Below are positions 45,702 to 55,711 of a stretch of DNA of 64,000 bases, piece by piece. The DNA comes from Rhodanobacteraceae bacterium (GTDB lineage: Bacteria; Pseudomonadota; Gammaproteobacteria; Xanthomonadales; SZUA-5). The notes under the pieces were generated by a model. That model searched no databases. It was not told where the DNA came from and worked only from the letters and a program-made list of their open reading frames with translations. The position numbers and the translations under genes were made by a program. The stretch spans positions 19,444-83,443 of the forward strand of contig JANOQN010000074.1 of the NCBI GenBank assembly GCA_031422315.1, written 5' to 3'. Within the stretch, counting starts at the first letter, position 1. Each line of letters opens with the position of its first letter.

Positions 45702-47126
45702 ATGACGACTGATCCCCAATCTAACCCACCCCAAATATCACTCTACAACACCCGCACCCGAACGCTGGAACCGTTTACCCCAGTTGATCCTGAGCGCGTC
45801 ACGTTTTACGTCTGCGGGCCCACGGTATATAGCTTTGCGCATCTGGGCAATGCGCGCCCGCCGGTGCTGTTTGGGCTACTGGCAAGATTGCTCAAACGCA
45901 TTTACCCAAAAGTAATTTACGCTCGCAACATTACCGATGTGGACGATAAAATTAACGCCGCTGCGATAGCGCAAAACGTGCCGATTCATACGATTACCGA
46001 ACGCTTTACCGCTATCTATCAGCAAGATATGGCGGCGGTCGGTGCGGATCAGCCGGATATTGAGCCCAAAGCCACCGCGCACATCGGCGATATTATTGCG
46101 ATGTGCGAGCAGCTGATTGCTTCGAACCACGCCTACGCCGCGCAAGGCCATGTGCTGTTTGATGTCGAGAGTTTTGCTGACTACGGCAAGCTATCCGGGC
46201 GCAGCTTGAGAGACATGATCGCTGGCGCGCGCGTTGAAATTGCGCCTTATAAAAAGAACGCCGCCGATTTTGTACTCTGGAAGCCTTCAACGCCCGAGCT
46301 GCCTGGGTGGGAAAGCCCGTGGGGGCGCGGCCGGCCGGGTTGGCATATTGAATGCTCGGCCATGAGCAATGCGCACTTGGGTGAAACGCTGGATATTCAC
46401 GCAGGCGGCAATGATTTGCTATTTCCGCATCATGAAAATGAGGTCGCGCAAAGCACCTGCGCACATGGCGGCAAGCTGTTTGCCAATTTTTGGCTGCATA
46501 ACGGCATGCTGACGGTCAATGGCTCGAAAATGAGCAAGTCGATTGGCAACACGCTGTTGATTGACACGCTTCGCCAGCAGTACGCCCCCGAAGCGCTGCG
46601 GTATTTTTTGCTAAGCGGCCATTATCGTCAGCCTATCGATTGGTCTGATAGCACGATTGAGCAAGCCAAAACTACGCTAGATCGGCTTTACACCACGCTG
46701 CGCTCGCTGGAAGCAGTTGCCATAACTGAGGCTGATTTGAGTCAAATTGGAAGCACGCCGTTTGAGAATCCAGTGTTTCAAGCGCTGTGCCAGGATTTGA
46801 ATACGCCGGTTGCGCTGGCGGAATTGAATGGGCTTGCGAAAGCGGCGCTGACCGCAGATTTGGCGCATAAAGGCGCAGCAAAGATGCGGTTTTTACAGGC
46901 TGCGGAACTGCTGGGCTTGCTGCAATCCGGCGTGAATGCTTGGTTTCAAGGCGCGGCACCAACCGATGCAGTTTTTGATGCGCTGCTCGCCGAGCGTGTG
47001 GAAGCGCGTGCGGCAAAAGATTTTCAACGCGCCGATGCGATTCGCAAGCAGCTGCTGGACCAAGGCATCGTAATCGAAGACACGGCGGCTGGCGCGATTT
47101 GGAAGCGGACAGGTTCGAATAGTTGA
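45702..47126 (+). CDS. cysS: cysteine--tRNA ligase
   Basis: HIGH motif (FAHLGNARP), KMSKS motif (KMSKSIGN), and Zn-binding residues. Confidence 0.95.
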   Translation: MTTDPQSNPPQISLYNTRTRTLEPFTPVDPERVTFYVCGPTVYSFAHLGNARPPVLFGLLARLLKRIYPKVIYARNITDVDDKINAAAIAQNVPIHTITERFTAIYQQDMAAVGADQPDIEPKATAHIGDIIAMCEQLIASNHAYAAQGHVLFDVESFADYGKLSGRSLRDMIAGARVEIAPYKKNAADFVLWKPSTPELPGWESPWGRGRPGWHIECSAMSNAHLGETLDIHAGGNDLLFPHHENEVAQSTCAHGGKLFANFWLHNGMLTVNGSKMSKSIGNTLLIDTLRQQYAPEALRYFLLSGHYRQPIDWSDSTIEQAKTTLDRLYTTLRSLEAVAITEADLSQIGSTPFENPVFQALCQDLNTPVALAELNGLAKAALTADLAHKGAAKMRFLQAAELLGLLQSGVNAWFQGAAPTDAVFDALLAERVEARAAKDFQRADAIRKQLLDQGIVIEDTAAGAIWKRTGSNS

Positions 47127-47234
47127 ATCTGAAGCAGGGCAAGCGCTACAAGGCTATCTTTTTGCTTTGTACGATACATTCGGCATTTGAGTGCGCCACA
47201 GCTAAATTTGATCGGCGTCGCGCACGACCCAAGC

Positions 47235-48428
47235 TCACGAAAACAAATTGATCAAATCATTCAAAAAGCGCTGGCCCAGCTCGGTCGGTCGAATCAGCTC
47301 GCCTTTGGGCATATCAATGCGCTCAAGCAAGCCTTTTGCGAGCGCCTTATGAAACCCACTGTTAGTTTCCAAACTAAGACCGGTGTAAGCACTGAAATCT
47401 GATTTCAAGAAACCCTCATGCAATCTCAGCGCGTTGAGCATGTATTCAAAGGCAAGCTCGTCTGCCGTCAGTTCGCGTAGTTTTATCGCACTTGCATGGC
47501 CTGCACTCGCCAGATAGAGCCTCGGGTTCTTTTGCTTTTCCAATCTAGTGATTTGCTGGGTATTCAAGTCAGTGATTTTGCCGTGTGCGCCTGCGCCTAT
47601 GCCTAAGTAATCGCCAAAACGCCAGTAAACTTGATTGTGCTGTGAGCGCTTGCCAGCTTTGGCATAAGCGCTGACTTCATAATGTTCAAAACCTGCGGCA
47701 GCCAGTTGGGCTTGACAAGCCTCTTGAATCGCCCACGCGGTGTCGTGATCGGGTAAGTCAGCCGGGGGAAAGCGCGCAAACACGGTGCCGGGTTCCATGG
47801 TCAGGTGATAGTGCGACACGTGCTCAGGATTGAGCGCTAACGCTTTCGTAAGATCATCCAGCGCACCAGCCTCATCTTGCCCTGGCAGCGCGTACATCAA
47901 ATCAATATTGATATTGTCAAACCCGGCTTGCCTAGCTTTGCCGATTGCCGCAACGGCCTCGGTACTGCTGTGGATGCGGCCCAAGCGCTGCAAAATCACA
48001 TCATCAAAACTTTGCACGCCAAAAGAAAGCCGATTCACCCCAGCCTGACGATAGCCGAGCAAATTGCCGTATTCGGCGGTGCCTGGGTTGCATTCGAGCG
48101 TGATTTCGGCATCAGGCCGCACTTTAATACGGGCGCGCACGCCGTCTAAAATCTGGGTGATCGCATCGCTAGAAAATAAGCTCGGCGTGCCACCGCCAAA
48201 AAATATGCTGACTACGCAGCGGCCCCACACGCGTGGCAAATCCAGCTCTAGATCGCGCAGCAGCGCGGCTACGTAATCGGCTTCGGGGATTGACGCGGGC
48301 TGCTGATGCGAGTTGAAATCGCAGTACGGGCATTTACGCACGCACCAGGGCAAGTGGATATACAGCGCCAGCGGCGGCAGGCTAAGTATATTAGTCAGGC
48401 CGACTGATTCCGCCGCGTCGATTTGCAA
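47235..48428 (-). CDS. hemW: radical SAM family heme chaperone HemW (YggW-like)
   Basis: CxxxCxxC motif LYIHLPWCVRKCPYCDFNS and a HemN-like C-terminal domain. Confidence 0.88.
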   Translation of the reverse strand: MQIDAAESVGLTNILSLPPLALYIHLPWCVRKCPYCDFNSHQQPASIPEADYVAALLRDLELDLPRVWGRCVVSIFFGGGTPSLFSSDAITQILDGVRARIKVRPDAEITLECNPGTAEYGNLLGYRQAGVNRLSFGVQSFDDVILQRLGRIHSSTEAVAAIGKARQAGFDNINIDLMYALPGQDEAGALDDLTKALALNPEHVSHYHLTMEPGTVFARFPPADLPDHDTAWAIQEACQAQLAAAGFEHYEVSAYAKAGKRSQHNQVYWRFGDYLGIGAGAHGKITDLNTQQITRLEKQKNPRLYLASAGHASAIKLRELTADELAFEYMLNALRLHEGFLKSDFSAYTGLSLETNSGFHKALAKGLLERIDMPKGELIRPTELGQRFLNDLINLFS

Positions 48429-48431
48429 AAC

Positions 48432-49430
48432 CTATGCCGATTTAAATGAAAAGCGCGCGGTGCCAACTTGCAAAATATCGCCATCGCGCAGCAGCTGTTC
48501 GCCGACCGGCACGTCGTTAATGGTCAACATACCAACGCCTGCGCCGCCGATATCGCGGAACATAAAGCCCGCGCGGGTCAGGCTGATATCGGCTTGACGG
48601 CCCGCGACGTTAACCAAAATCACGTCGCAACCTGGATCAGAACCGATCACAATTGGGCGCAGGCTGAGCATCAGCGCGGAATCTCCGGCGTCTTTGTTTT
48701 GCGGCAGTAAGCGGCCGGGGCGAAACACGACGGTGGCGTCTGGGTTCGCGCGTTTAACGGGCTCTGGCGCACTAGGAATCGGCGGCGGTATCGGCGCAGG
48801 AACGGGGCGGACTTGTTCGGTGACCGAACCCATTGCCGGCGGATTGATTGAACCTGGAATCGGCGGTGGCACCGGTTTTACGATCGCGGTCAGCTCAGGC
48901 GCATCCGGCATATTGCCAAAACGGGGCTTGGTTGGCTCAATATTTGGCTCAAGCTTGGGCGCTTCACTCATCGGCATTTCCAGCAGCGCAGATTCGGAGC
49001 CAAACGCTTGCAAAAAGCGCTCGCGAATGCTGCGGGCTTGCTCATGCTCGGCTTGACTGGCGTTGAGCGCGCTCACGATGGCTTGTTTGCGCTGTTCGAA
49101 CTCACCCCCGGCGAATTCGCCCAGTGAATGGCGAAACTCCAGCTCTTGCTGGCTTAGTTTGGCGTTTTCCGCTTCGCGTTCTAACTTTTCCAACGCCTCG
49201 TGCAATTGCGCATACAGTGCACGGGCTTTCGCTTGCAGCGGCTGCGCTTGTTCTGACAGTAATTGGCGCTGCGATTCGTAATCCCCGCGCACCCTCAAAT
49301 ACACCGGCGGCGCCACTTCAGCACGGCGCTCTTCCATCGCGGCTAGGCGCTGCTGCATCACGTCACGCTGGGTTTTAAGCTCGGCGAGTTCATCTAAAAC
49401 GCTGAGATCGATATTGGTGAAAGCGGCCAT
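48432..49430 (-). CDS. FHA-domain protein with N-terminal coiled coil and Pro-rich linker
   Basis: C-terminal FHA signature IVIGSDPGCDVILVN...SLTRAGFMFRDIGG...GMLTINDVPV...LRDGDILQVG. 3-bp gap to hemW. Confidence 0.7.
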   Translation of the reverse strand: MAAFTNIDLSVLDELAELKTQRDVMQQRLAAMEERRAEVAPPVYLRVRGDYESQRQLLSEQAQPLQAKARALYAQLHEALEKLEREAENAKLSQQELEFRHSLGEFAGGEFEQRKQAIVSALNASQAEHEQARSIRERFLQAFGSESALLEMPMSEAPKLEPNIEPTKPRFGNMPDAPELTAIVKPVPPPIPGSINPPAMGSVTEQVRPVPAPIPPPIPSAPEPVKRANPDATVVFRPGRLLPQNKDAGDSALMLSLRPIVIGSDPGCDVILVNVAGRQADISLTRAGFMFRDIGGAGVGMLTINDVPVGEQLLRDGDILQVGTARFSFKSA

Positions 49431-49490
49431 GCGAAAATCCTTGTCAGTCTTAAAACGGGCTTAAAAAATGGGTGTACAGCTAATCGCAAT

Positions 49491-50267
49491 TCAAACGGGC
49501 AGAACAGCCAAATCTATTGCGCCAAAGCGCAATTCATCACCGATTTTAATAGGAGTTGGCACGCCGGTTTTAATCCGCACGCCGTTGATCTGGGTGCCGT
49601 TTGCGCAGCCCACTTCTTCGCGCAGAAAAATCATGCCGCCTTCAATCAAGATTTTGGCATGCCTGCGGCTGAGCGTACGCTGGCTATCGAGTGCGCCCAG
49701 ATCAATCTCAGGCACCACGCCGGTGACCGGATCGGGCCTGCCAATTAAAAGCTCGCGCTGATCGGCGCGTACGGCGAATTCGGCGCCGCTGTCATGCCGC
49801 AATTTCATCAGCATGCTGGCGGCGGAGCTAGCTGCGGCAGTCACCGCGCGAATTTCCGCGGATACCGAAATCGCTGCGGTGGGCGCATTTAAGCGCCGCT
49901 TGATATCACCCAGCTCGGTGCTGGCGTGCTGCAAGCTTTGCTCAGTGCGGCGCAGTCGAAGCGCGAGCTTTCGCATAATGCGCACGGCAATTTCAAAATT
50001 TTGCTGGACTAATTCAGCGAACGCGCTGCGATCAATCCGCAGCAACCTCGAATTTTCCTTGGCGCGCGCAGAAGCAAAACGCGGCTGATCTTCCAACACC
50101 GCCATTTCGCCAAAAAAATCCCCGGGCTCCAGTACTGCGAGCGGCTGCGCGCCGCGCACTTGCCGGGTGATCTCGACCGATCCCACTTCAATGATGTACA
50201 TCTCATTGCCGGGGTCGCCTTCGCGAAATATAAACTGCCCTGCCGGAATTTCGACAAATGAACTCAT
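49491..50267 (-). CDS. cyclic-nucleotide-binding domain + FHA domain fusion protein
   Basis: N-terminal cNMP-binding fold (FREGDPGNEMYIIEVGSVEI...GDFFGEMAVLEDQPRFASARA) and C-terminal FHA (LLIGRPDP...SRRHAKILIEGGMIFLRE...TQINGVRI). Confidence 0.75.
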   Translation of the reverse strand: MSSFVEIPAGQFIFREGDPGNEMYIIEVGSVEITRQVRGAQPLAVLEPGDFFGEMAVLEDQPRFASARAKENSRLLRIDRSAFAELVQQNFEIAVRIMRKLALRLRRTEQSLQHASTELGDIKRRLNAPTAAISVSAEIRAVTAAASSAASMLMKLRHDSGAEFAVRADQRELLIGRPDPVTGVVPEIDLGALDSQRTLSRRHAKILIEGGMIFLREEVGCANGTQINGVRIKTGVPTPIKIGDELRFGAIDLAVLPV

Positions 50268-50538
50268 GCGGATTCCTCAACACGTATTTAGAGCGCGAAG
50301 TATGCCGCAAGCACAGCATTTGCGCAGTGCCGATGGCGCGCCAATCCACCGCGCTGCCGCAAAAATAGGGGCCTTCCGCATTTCCCGGTGCGTTCAGCTG
50401 ACCTTGATCCCAGGGATCAAGTGGAGTGATCGGCCTAAGCCTTAGGCTTTCCGCATGGAGCGGACATGCACACGAGGCCGGCGAGTGATCGCTCCGGGGT
50501 CAAGTTATGGGACAAGGCGATATGTTGAAGCGCTGCCA

Positions 50539-50632
50539 AAGATCGCAGAAGGCGCACTGCCATAGTAGCGAGCAATTGCGAACGACTCAAGACGGCAATT
50601 GCGAAGGTGCGTTCACCTAAGTGATTAAGTGT
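50539..50632. repeat. left copy of a ~95-bp direct repeat flanking the rhodopsin gene (right copy at 51781..51875)
   Basis: aagatcgcagaaggcgcactgccatagtagcgagcaattgcgaacgactcaagacggcaattgcgaaggtgcgttcacctaagtga, versus aagatcgcaaagggtgtacggccagagtagcgcgcaactgcgaacgacttaagacggcaattgcgaaggcgtcttcacccaagtga; ~80% identity. Confidence 0.8.
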
Positions 50633-50637
50633 GGGCC

Positions 50638-50669
50638 AAAAAAAACGCCAAACAGAGGACCCGTCTGGC
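50638..50669 (-). terminator. rho-independent terminator of the rhodopsin gene (minus strand)
   Basis: On the minus strand: aacgccagac-gggtcctctg-tttggcgtt followed by TTTTTTTT. Confidence 0.7.
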
Positions 50670-50703
50670 GTTCTTGTTTGCAGATTTGACGCGTGTCTAA
50701 AAC

Positions 50704-51462
50704 TTAATGTGCGCCACTTGGGTCAGCAATTTCTGATTTTCGAACCGCGATCATGTAGATCAATATGCCAAACATGGCCTTCGCAACAATATCGGCAATC
50801 GTATATCCGACCTGCACGCCCGTAGCGGCAGCGCCGCCTGTCAAGCCAATCATCGGCAAAACGTAGACGACCGGGTAAAAACACCAGGACAATACTGTCA
50901 GCGTCCGTGCGGCGCGGACTAGACCTCGTACTTCAGCGGGCTGCGCTTCAATAGCATCACGTAAACCAATGAAAAGATCATAAACGATGATCACAAAAGG
51001 CACCATTGCTGCAGTCCACCAGATCCAGCGCGTGGTCGGGTCACTCGAGATTTCGCCAGGGTAGCCGAGAACTACCATTAGCGCAGCAAGAAACCCAAGT
51101 TTCAAGCCTTTCGAGATTGTTTCGCTCCGGCTTAGGCCCATCACCAGAATCAGCTCAATCAATAACAATGGCACGGTAAGCAGCCAATCTACGTAGCGAT
51201 AGGCATCGTTAAATTTAATCCCCGATGGTTTGATCTCGCTGCCTGCAATAATAAAGGCCGCTTCCCAAGAATCAAAGATCCGAACATAGTGATAACAAGC
51301 GATCAGGGTAACAATTCCTGAAATTGTGATCGCGGTGCGGTAGGCAGCGCTTACTTGAGTACGTGACAAGAACAAAAAGATCGTCGCTGCACCCATAACT
51401 GCAATGGTGAACGAAAACGCGTTAAAGACCAGTTCGAACTGGCTAAGATTAATTGCATCCAT
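50704..51462 (-). CDS. microbial rhodopsin of the xanthorhodopsin/proteorhodopsin clade, predicted light-driven proton pump
   Basis: N-terminus FELVFNAFSFTIAVMGAATIFLFLSRTQV...CYHYVRIFDSWEAAF is xanthorhodopsin-like. Helix C RYVDWLLTVPLLLIE carries the D-T-E proton acceptor/donor triad with Leu at the tuning position. The helix G Schiff-base lysine is in YTIADIVAKAMFGILIY. The ATG at 51462 follows a GGAG RBS; the track ORF extends to 51540. Confidence 0.9.
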   Translation of the reverse strand: MDAINLSQFELVFNAFSFTIAVMGAATIFLFLSRTQVSAAYRTAITISGIVTLIACYHYVRIFDSWEAAFIIAGSEIKPSGIKFNDAYRYVDWLLTVPLLLIELILVMGLSRSETISKGLKLGFLAALMVVLGYPGEISSDPTTRWIWWTAAMVPFVIIVYDLFIGLRDAIEAQPAEVRGLVRAARTLTVLSWCFYPVVYVLPMIGLTGGAAATGVQVGYTIADIVAKAMFGILIYMIAVRKSEIADPSGAH

Positions 51463-51780
51463 AAAAATACTCCGAGTAGGTAAGAAGCTAAAACGTCTAT
51501 GACGCATTGACATTCTTTCCGCACTTTTATGCGAGGCCAAACGTCAACGTTCATCCGTTGCCGCCACAAACTCGCGTTCGCATTGTAATAACTCACAACT
51601 GGAACACTTTCGTTGGCTCCGCACTTGGGGCTAGGTTCCCAAGGAGAATGTTAAGTATGCGCTTCAAAGCTGTGACAAAAAGCAGAATATTCTGGCTTCT
51701 AAGCGTGAATGCTTGGGCGTTGCTATCCTTGGCACGAAGCATTTCTTTTAGTCCCACGTGGATCAAATTGAGTGGTAACT

Positions 51781-51875
51781 AAGATCGCAAAGGGTGTACG
51801 GCCAGAGTAGCGCGCAACTGCGAACGACTTAAGACGGCAATTGCGAAGGCGTCTTCACCCAAGTGACTGTAATTG
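51781..51875. repeat. right copy of the ~95-bp direct repeat; overlaps the last ~20 bp of rph
   Basis: See left copy. The repeat spans the rph stop codon (51855). Confidence 0.8.
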
Positions 51876-52580
51876 CGCCGCTTGCAGTTCCGAACAGCCC
51901 TGCGCAGCCAGCGCCAACATGGAATCAAGCTCGGCGCGTGTAAATGCCGCGCCCTCGGCCGTGCCTTGAATCTCGATAAAGCCGCCGACCGCATTCATCA
52001 CGACGTTCATATCGGTATCGCAATCGCTGTCCTCAGCGTAATCCAAATCTAGCACCGCTTGGCCTTTGTACCAGCCCACGCTGACCGCAGCGATGTGGCC
52101 TCTGACAATCGGCCGCTCGATTTTTTTATGCGCTTTGATCCAGCGGCAAGCGTCCACCAGCGCGACATACGCGCCGGTAATCGCCGCACAGCGGGTGCCG
52201 CCATCGGCTTGCAGCACATCGCAGTCGAGCGTAATCGTGCGCTCACCTAATACCGTTCGATCCACCACCGAACGCAAGCTGCGGCCAATTAAACGCTGAA
52301 TTTCGTGCGTGCGTCCGCTCGGGCCGTCTTTGTTCTCACGCCGCCCACGCGTATGCGTCGCGCGCGGCAGCATGCCGTATTCCGCCGTCACCCAACCCAG
52401 GCCAGTGCCGCGCAAAAATGGCGGCGAGCGATCTTCCACACTGGCCGTACAAAGCACTCGGGTATTGCCCATACTGACTAGCACCGAGCCCTCGGCATGT
52501 ACCGTAAAGCTACGCTGGATTGTTAAGCTGCGTAGCTGATCGGCGGCGCGGCCGGAAGGGCGTTTAAGTTCAGTGGTCAT
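51855..52580 (-). CDS. rph: ribonuclease PH
   Basis: RNase PH motifs: RAADQLRSL..., [38 protein letters not shown]. Probable start MTTELK at 52580; the track ORF starts at 52595. Confidence 0.9.
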   Translation of the reverse strand: MTTELKRPSGRAADQLRSLTIQRSFTVHAEGSVLVSMGNTRVLCTASVEDRSPPFLRGTGLGWVTAEYGMLPRATHTRGRRENKDGPSGRTHEIQRLIGRSLRSVVDRTVLGERTITLDCDVLQADGGTRCAAITGAYVALVDACRWIKAHKKIERPIVRGHIAAVSVGWYKGQAVLDLDYAEDSDCDTDMNVVMNAVGGFIEIQGTAEGAAFTRAELDSMLALAAQGCSELQAAQLQSLG

Positions 52581-52746
52581 GCGCAGCGCCTGCAATAGTT
52601 GGAAGCGCGTGAGCTTAGCCTAAACTGATTGCGGATAATCTTAGACAAGCCCTAAGTCGTGCTTGTGCAGGGGGAAACTCAGGTTCCACAAACGACGGGG
52701 GAAAAATTGACACCTGTCCTTTGGTAAGTATAGGAATCACACCCCG

Positions 52747-54627
52747 CTAAATCTTCACCTGTGTACCCAATTCCACCACCCGATTTGGCGGCAAATTCAG
52801 GAAATCCATTGCGCGGCTGGCGTTTTTCCACATCCAGCTAAACAGGTGCTCGCGCCACATCGCCATGCCGGGTTTGTCACTTGGCAATAGCGTTTCACGG
52901 CCCAGGAAGAATGTGGTGTCCATGGTGTCGAAGCTCAGGCCTTTTTCTTCACAGGCGGCCAACACGGTGGGCACGTCAACATCTTCAAAAAATCCAAAAC
53001 GAGCGACGACTCGGTAGAAGCCTTCTTGGAACTGCTCTATTTCGATGCGATCAATCTCGGGAATGCGCGCTACTTCTTCGTTCAATAAACTCAGCAGCAC
53101 CACGCGTTTGTGCAGCACTTTGTTGTGCTTTAAGTTGTGCAAAAGCGTGTGTGGAATGCCCTCAGGTGAGCGCGTCAGAAAAATCGCGGTGCCATCAACT
53201 CTTGGCACGCCATCAACGCTCATGCAGAACAAATCCATTGGCATGGCCTGATTGCGAATGACTTCTGATACCAATTTACGCCCGCGCCGCCAGGTGCTCA
53301 TGATGGCGACTAATCCAGCCGCCAGCACCAGAGGGAACCAGCCGCCTTGAGGTATTTTTAGCGCGTTGGAGGCGAAGAAAGCAAGATCGACCAGCATAAA
53401 GAACGCCAACATCGCCATGCCAAGCGCGCCCCAGTTCCAAATCAGCCGCGCCACAACGAATAACAAGGCGAGCTCTAAAACCATGGTGAGTGCTACGGCT
53501 ACGCCATAGGCAGAGGCAATGGCGGTGGAAGATTTAAAGCCAATAATTAGACCAAACACGCACAGCATCAGCACCCAGTTTACCGCCGGCACGTAGATTT
53601 GCCCCATCGCACTTTCGCTGGTGTGTACAATTTCCATGCGCGGCAAAAGACCAAGCTGGACGGCCTGTTTGGTGACCGAGAAAACCCCCGTGATCACCGC
53701 TTGCGAGGCAATCACCGTCGCCATCGTAGCCAGTACCACCAGCGGCAGTAGCAATGCATCCGGCACCATGTGGAAGAACGGATTCTTGCGCACGGCCATA
53801 TCGGTGCCTTCTGTGAGCAACAAAGCGCCCTGGCCCATGTAGTTAATCAAAATGCATGGCATGACGAACCCGAACCAGCCAAAGCGAATCGGCCTAACGC
53901 CAAAGTGGCCGATATCGGCATACAGCGCTTCACCGCCGGTCATGACTAAAAATACCGCGCCTAGTGCCAAAAACGCCGGGCCTGGGTTTTGTACGATTAA
54001 GTTGAAAGCATAATGTGGTGAAAACGCCATGAGAATTTCGGGCATTTTAAGAATGTTGATGACGCCGAGCACTGCAAGCACAACAAACCAAGTGGTCATG
54101 ATAGGCCCGAAAAATGCGCCGACTTTGGCCGTGCCATAGCTTTGAAAAAAGAACAGCACGAACATAATGGATAGCGAAATCGGCACGATGTAATCGCCAA
54201 GCTTGGGGCTCAGCACCGCCATGCCATCCACCGCTGACATCACCGACATCGCTGGAGTGATCGCCCCATCGCCGAAAAATAGCGCTGCGCCGATCATCCC
54301 GACGATCACCATAACGTAGCGGTTTTTCGCGCTTGCCAATTTGTTTAACGCGAGCGCCATCAGCGAAAGTGTGCCGCCTTCACCTTTATTGTCGGCTCGC
54401 AGGATAAAGGTGACGTACTTGAGCGACACCACAATCGTCATCGCCCAAAACATCAGCGATAGCCCACCGTAAACGTTGGCCTGGGTCAGTTCCAAGCCAT
54501 GCGCACCGTTGAAACATTCTTTGATGGCGTAAAGCGGGCTAGTACCAATATCACCAAACACAACGCCAACCGCACCAATCATGAGCGGCAGCAGTTTATT
54601 TTGCCCCGCGTGGGAATCTTGAGACAT
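52747..54627 (-). CDS. kup: KUP/HAK/KT family potassium uptake transporter
   Basis: N-terminal signature GAVGVVFGDIGTSPLYA; 12-TM topology with a C-terminal cytoplasmic domain. Confidence 0.93.
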   Translation of the reverse strand: MSQDSHAGQNKLLPLMIGAVGVVFGDIGTSPLYAIKECFNGAHGLELTQANVYGGLSLMFWAMTIVVSLKYVTFILRADNKGEGGTLSLMALALNKLASAKNRYVMVIVGMIGAALFFGDGAITPAMSVMSAVDGMAVLSPKLGDYIVPISLSIMFVLFFFQSYGTAKVGAFFGPIMTTWFVVLAVLGVINILKMPEILMAFSPHYAFNLIVQNPGPAFLALGAVFLVMTGGEALYADIGHFGVRPIRFGWFGFVMPCILINYMGQGALLLTEGTDMAVRKNPFFHMVPDALLLPLVVLATMATVIASQAVITGVFSVTKQAVQLGLLPRMEIVHTSESAMGQIYVPAVNWVLMLCVFGLIIGFKSSTAIASAYGVAVALTMVLELALLFVVARLIWNWGALGMAMLAFFMLVDLAFFASNALKIPQGGWFPLVLAAGLVAIMSTWRRGRKLVSEVIRNQAMPMDLFCMSVDGVPRVDGTAIFLTRSPEGIPHTLLHNLKHNKVLHKRVVLLSLLNEEVARIPEIDRIEIEQFQEGFYRVVARFGFFEDVDVPTVLAACEEKGLSFDTMDTTFFLGRETLLPSDKPGMAMWREHLFSWMWKNASRAMDFLNLPPNRVVELGTQVKI

Positions 54628-54699
54628 TCGTCAGTACCTGCAAAATGGTGTTGCGGAGTTTACGCGTGCCCGTAGCTTCACGGAATGCGCAATGAAAAG

Positions 54700-55185
54700 T
54701 TACACGCCGTGCACATAAACTTGGACTAAGGCTTCCATACCGCGCTGATCATCGCTATCAAAGCGGTTGAGCGTGGGCGAATCCACATCCCAAACGCCGA
54801 GCAGCGCGCCATCCCTAAACATGGGTACGACGATTTCAGAATTGCTTGCACTATCGCAGGCGATATGCCCAGGAAACGCGTGTACATCCTGCACAAGCTG
54901 AGTTTTGCCCGTTTGCGCCGCAGTGCCGCAAACGCCGCGCCCTAGCGCAATGCGCACGCAAGCGGGCTTGCCTTGAAATGGCCCGACAACCAATTCAGTG
55001 CCGTCAAATAAGTAAAAGCCGGCCCAGTTCAAATCCGGAACGCCGTGAAAAACAAGCGCGGCAAAATTCGCCGCGCGCGCAATTTCGTTACTTTCACCCG
55101 CAAGCAGCGCGCGCGCTTGTTCGACTAATTCAGCGTAAAGCGCAGGCTTAGCGAGTGGCTCAAGCCGCTTTGGCATTTCAAACAT
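54700..55185 (-). CDS. GAF-domain protein (free methionine-(R)-sulfoxide reductase MsrC/YebR-like)
   Basis: ~160-aa single GAF domain with the conserved NWAGFYLFDG...LVVGPFQGKPACVRIALGRGVCG segment. Confidence 0.7.
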   Translation of the reverse strand: MFEMPKRLEPLAKPALYAELVEQARALLAGESNEIARAANFAALVFHGVPDLNWAGFYLFDGTELVVGPFQGKPACVRIALGRGVCGTAAQTGKTQLVQDVHAFPGHIACDSASNSEIVVPMFRDGALLGVWDVDSPTLNRFDSDDQRGMEALVQVYVHGV

Positions 55186-55200
55186 GGCTATTTCCTGCGA

Positions 55201-55701
55201 TCAAATGGAAGTGAAGGCGGACGGTACGTGCCCAGCTAAGAGCAAGTGCTCCAGCCATTTGTTGAAGAACACATTCATGCGGTAGCGCCGCAGGCCGACT
55301 TTGAGCACCGGCACCTGCATGGAAAATAACGCCTTGAGCTGTTTTGAAGTGTGGCAATGGGTAACTTCCGCCTGCTGAGAATCGTGATACACGCGCACCC
55401 AGGCCAGTGGATCAAGCTCAACGCCGATTGCGCCGGTAAATTGATGCGTCAAGCGCAAGATCGTCGTGTGCCGATGCTGTTCAATAATATTGAGCCAAAG
55501 ATCGGGGCTCTGAATGTCTGCGGCTGTTGCTGGATTGATTGGCGCACAAGCACGATAGTCGCCGCTTAAATTGCGCACGTCGCCCAGCAGTCGATGTAGG
55601 CGCTCATAGTTTTCGCCGTACAAACCTTGCAGATAGCCAAACGCGCTCATCGCGGGCAGGTTCGCGAGTACGGGCGGTTGGATTCGGCGGGTTTGCAACA
55701 T
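55201..55701 (-). CDS. hypothetical protein (166 aa)
   Basis: ORF immediately downstream of ppsR; no motif recognised. Confidence 0.4.
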   Translation of the reverse strand: MLQTRRIQPPVLANLPAMSAFGYLQGLYGENYERLHRLLGDVRNLSGDYRACAPINPATAADIQSPDLWLNIIEQHRHTTILRLTHQFTGAIGVELDPLAWVRVYHDSQQAEVTHCHTSKQLKALFSMQVPVLKVGLRRYRMNVFFNKWLEHLLLAGHVPSAFTSI

Positions 55702-55711
55702 GCTGCGTACG

